Source of the DNA: Ancylonema sp.
Taxonomy: Eukaryota
Reading direction: 5' to 3'
Assembly (NCBI GenBank): GCA_050230475.1
Contig: JBFLGF010000087.1
Span: forward strand, 1 to 64,000
Length of the DNA: 64,000 bases
Under the pieces are notes generated by a model. The model was not told the DNA's origin, ran no database searches, and saw only the letters and a program-made list of their open reading frames with translations. The position numbers and the translations under genes were made by a program. Shown in pieces: positions 62,366-64,000 of the stretch (the stretch's first letter is position 1; every line of letters begins with the position of its first letter).

Positions 62366-63966
62366 ATGGCGAGAGTCGCATGTACACCATACGCCACGCA
62401 TAAACTTGATGTGCTAACGGGGTCTGCTTCGGTATTCGACAGCGCTTCCAGGAGCACCTACCGTGTACCGGGTGCTGGTTTGCGTGTAGATGCCCGCTGT
62501 GCCACACTTGGAGGCACCTCCGATTTTCCTTTCTCTGTCCGAAGTGATTTTTCTGGGAGCTTAGTGGGCTTGAACTCTCCAATCACCTACAGATGTAATT
62601 CGTCCGTCGGGTTACAGCATTCCACCAGACCTGACTATGCCTTACCTAGACAAATTACCAGGTGCGATATCACTGAAGAGATCGACCGTGAGCAACTTAA
62701 AGTTGCAGAGCGGAGAAGAAAACCGTTAGAAGAACTGTACAACATCAAAGTGGAGCGCCAAGTTTCAGAGCAGCGGCTTAAGGTGCCACGAAAGTGCATT
62801 GTGATGGGGAGAAAATTATATTATCCTGAAGTCTGAATTCTTATCCGGCTGTCTTGCTGAATACTAGCAGGCTGAATGGAGACTGCGACGTTGAAGTAGT
62901 TTCAAATACAGAGGCAAAATGTAACTCAGCGGTGCAGTCTGCAGGGCTTGCTCGGGTTGAGGATGTGGCCAACGTCACGAAGCAAGTCATGAAGAATTCC
63001 TGGACTTGAATGAACAGGCCGCTGGTACCAGCCAACTTTTTGGATCCAGTTACCTCCACGGATGCGTTGCTCTTGTCGTCGGGCTTTGACAAGTCAAATA
63101 TGAATAATCGCATCGTGTACACTTCCTGGCAGGACCTTGGTACGGACTCTTGGTCTGTGTGGAAGACCCTTCCCTGCACTGATGTTTGGGACTTCATGGT
63201 CAACGAACGGATCCTGGTCACTCAAGGAGTTTTACATGTGAAACCATTTGTGAGTATTTGACGCGCTTTCTATCCACGCTGAAACACTGAATCAATACTC
63301 GCCTTTGTCTTTGTCTATATCTGAAGGGATTGTACGCACACGTCACAGTGGCGAGTGTGGCACAATCTCTTCACAGTGTTGGTGGGAATTGAATAGAGTT
63401 TGTCATCAAATATTGTGCCATGACACGTGCCGTAAGATTGTGTGTATATACTCACCACAATCACTATACTCACTGTACTCACTATAGTCACAATACTCAC
63501 TATAGTCACTACAATCGCTTGCCGTATCCAATGCAACATAGCAGAGTTTACAACTCAATTCACGTTTCCTATGTGTATCGCCTATTTCCGATTGCACTTG
63601 CCTTATCGAAATCAAAAAGAGCGTGAATGACAAGAGGGTGGTCGGTCGAAAATTCAATCATACTCACAAGTTGCTTCTAGGAAAATACTAGACATCCACC
63701 TAAACTTATGTGTTTTCTTGTGGTTTGTGCGTTGTGTGTGCAATGTGCACCTCTCTCTTCATCCTTGTGGTACCTTTGTATGGATCTAGAATGTGTTGTG
63801 TGTGATGTATTGCGAAGTGCTTGAATTGATGCAGGAAGGGAGTCGGGAGATAGTTTTGCAAGCAGGTGATCTGGTTTTGTTCCCAAAGTGGCTAGTGGTA
63901 GAAGTAGCTTACCAAGGCGAATACGAGCAAAGGCACAAGTATTACGCATATGGGGATGATATGTAG
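62366..63966 (+). CDS. PTAC18: pTAC18-like plastid cupin, copy 2; exons 62366-62782, 63133-63249, 63835-63966
   Basis: Colinear intact paralog with the same splice sites. Confidence 0.88.
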
Positions 63967-64000
63967 CTTTTTTGCTTGCTTTTGGTAACATTTTAAATCG

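Overview
Eukaryotic nuclear DNA with spliceosomal introns from a green plant of the streptophyte lineage, probably a streptophyte alga or other non-seed plant (pTAC18, DUF538, TTTAGGG-like repeats); the species cannot be fixed from sequence alone. Genes reconstructed by hand-splicing, in order: a two-exon GNAT acetyltransferase; SPF27/BCAS2 (MOS4); a DPP4/S9B peptidase, internally duplicated and cut at an N; BDP1 (TFIIIB B'') head-to-head with a DUF538 gene as a duplicated ~7 kb unit; a ZIF-like MFS transporter; a fungal-type aldo-keto reductase; a coiled-coil protein; exocyst SEC15; and two pTAC18 cupin copies. Much of the near-identical duplication (12.4-30.3 kb) is probably assembly artefact, while the diverged pairs (BDP1/DUF538, pTAC18) may be real paralogs or haplotypes. 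Most interesting signals: two horizontal-transfer candidates (AKR, GNAT), a perfect Pol III B-box at the first splice donor of both BDP1 copies, a dispersed 30-bp bipartite TGT-ended motif that looks like the terminus of an unclassified transposon, G-run-rich intron 5' ends, GC-AG and apparent GG-AG introns, and CRE-like retroposon 3' ends. No CRISPR, tRNA or rRNA was found. Family assignments come from motif recognition, not from database searches.
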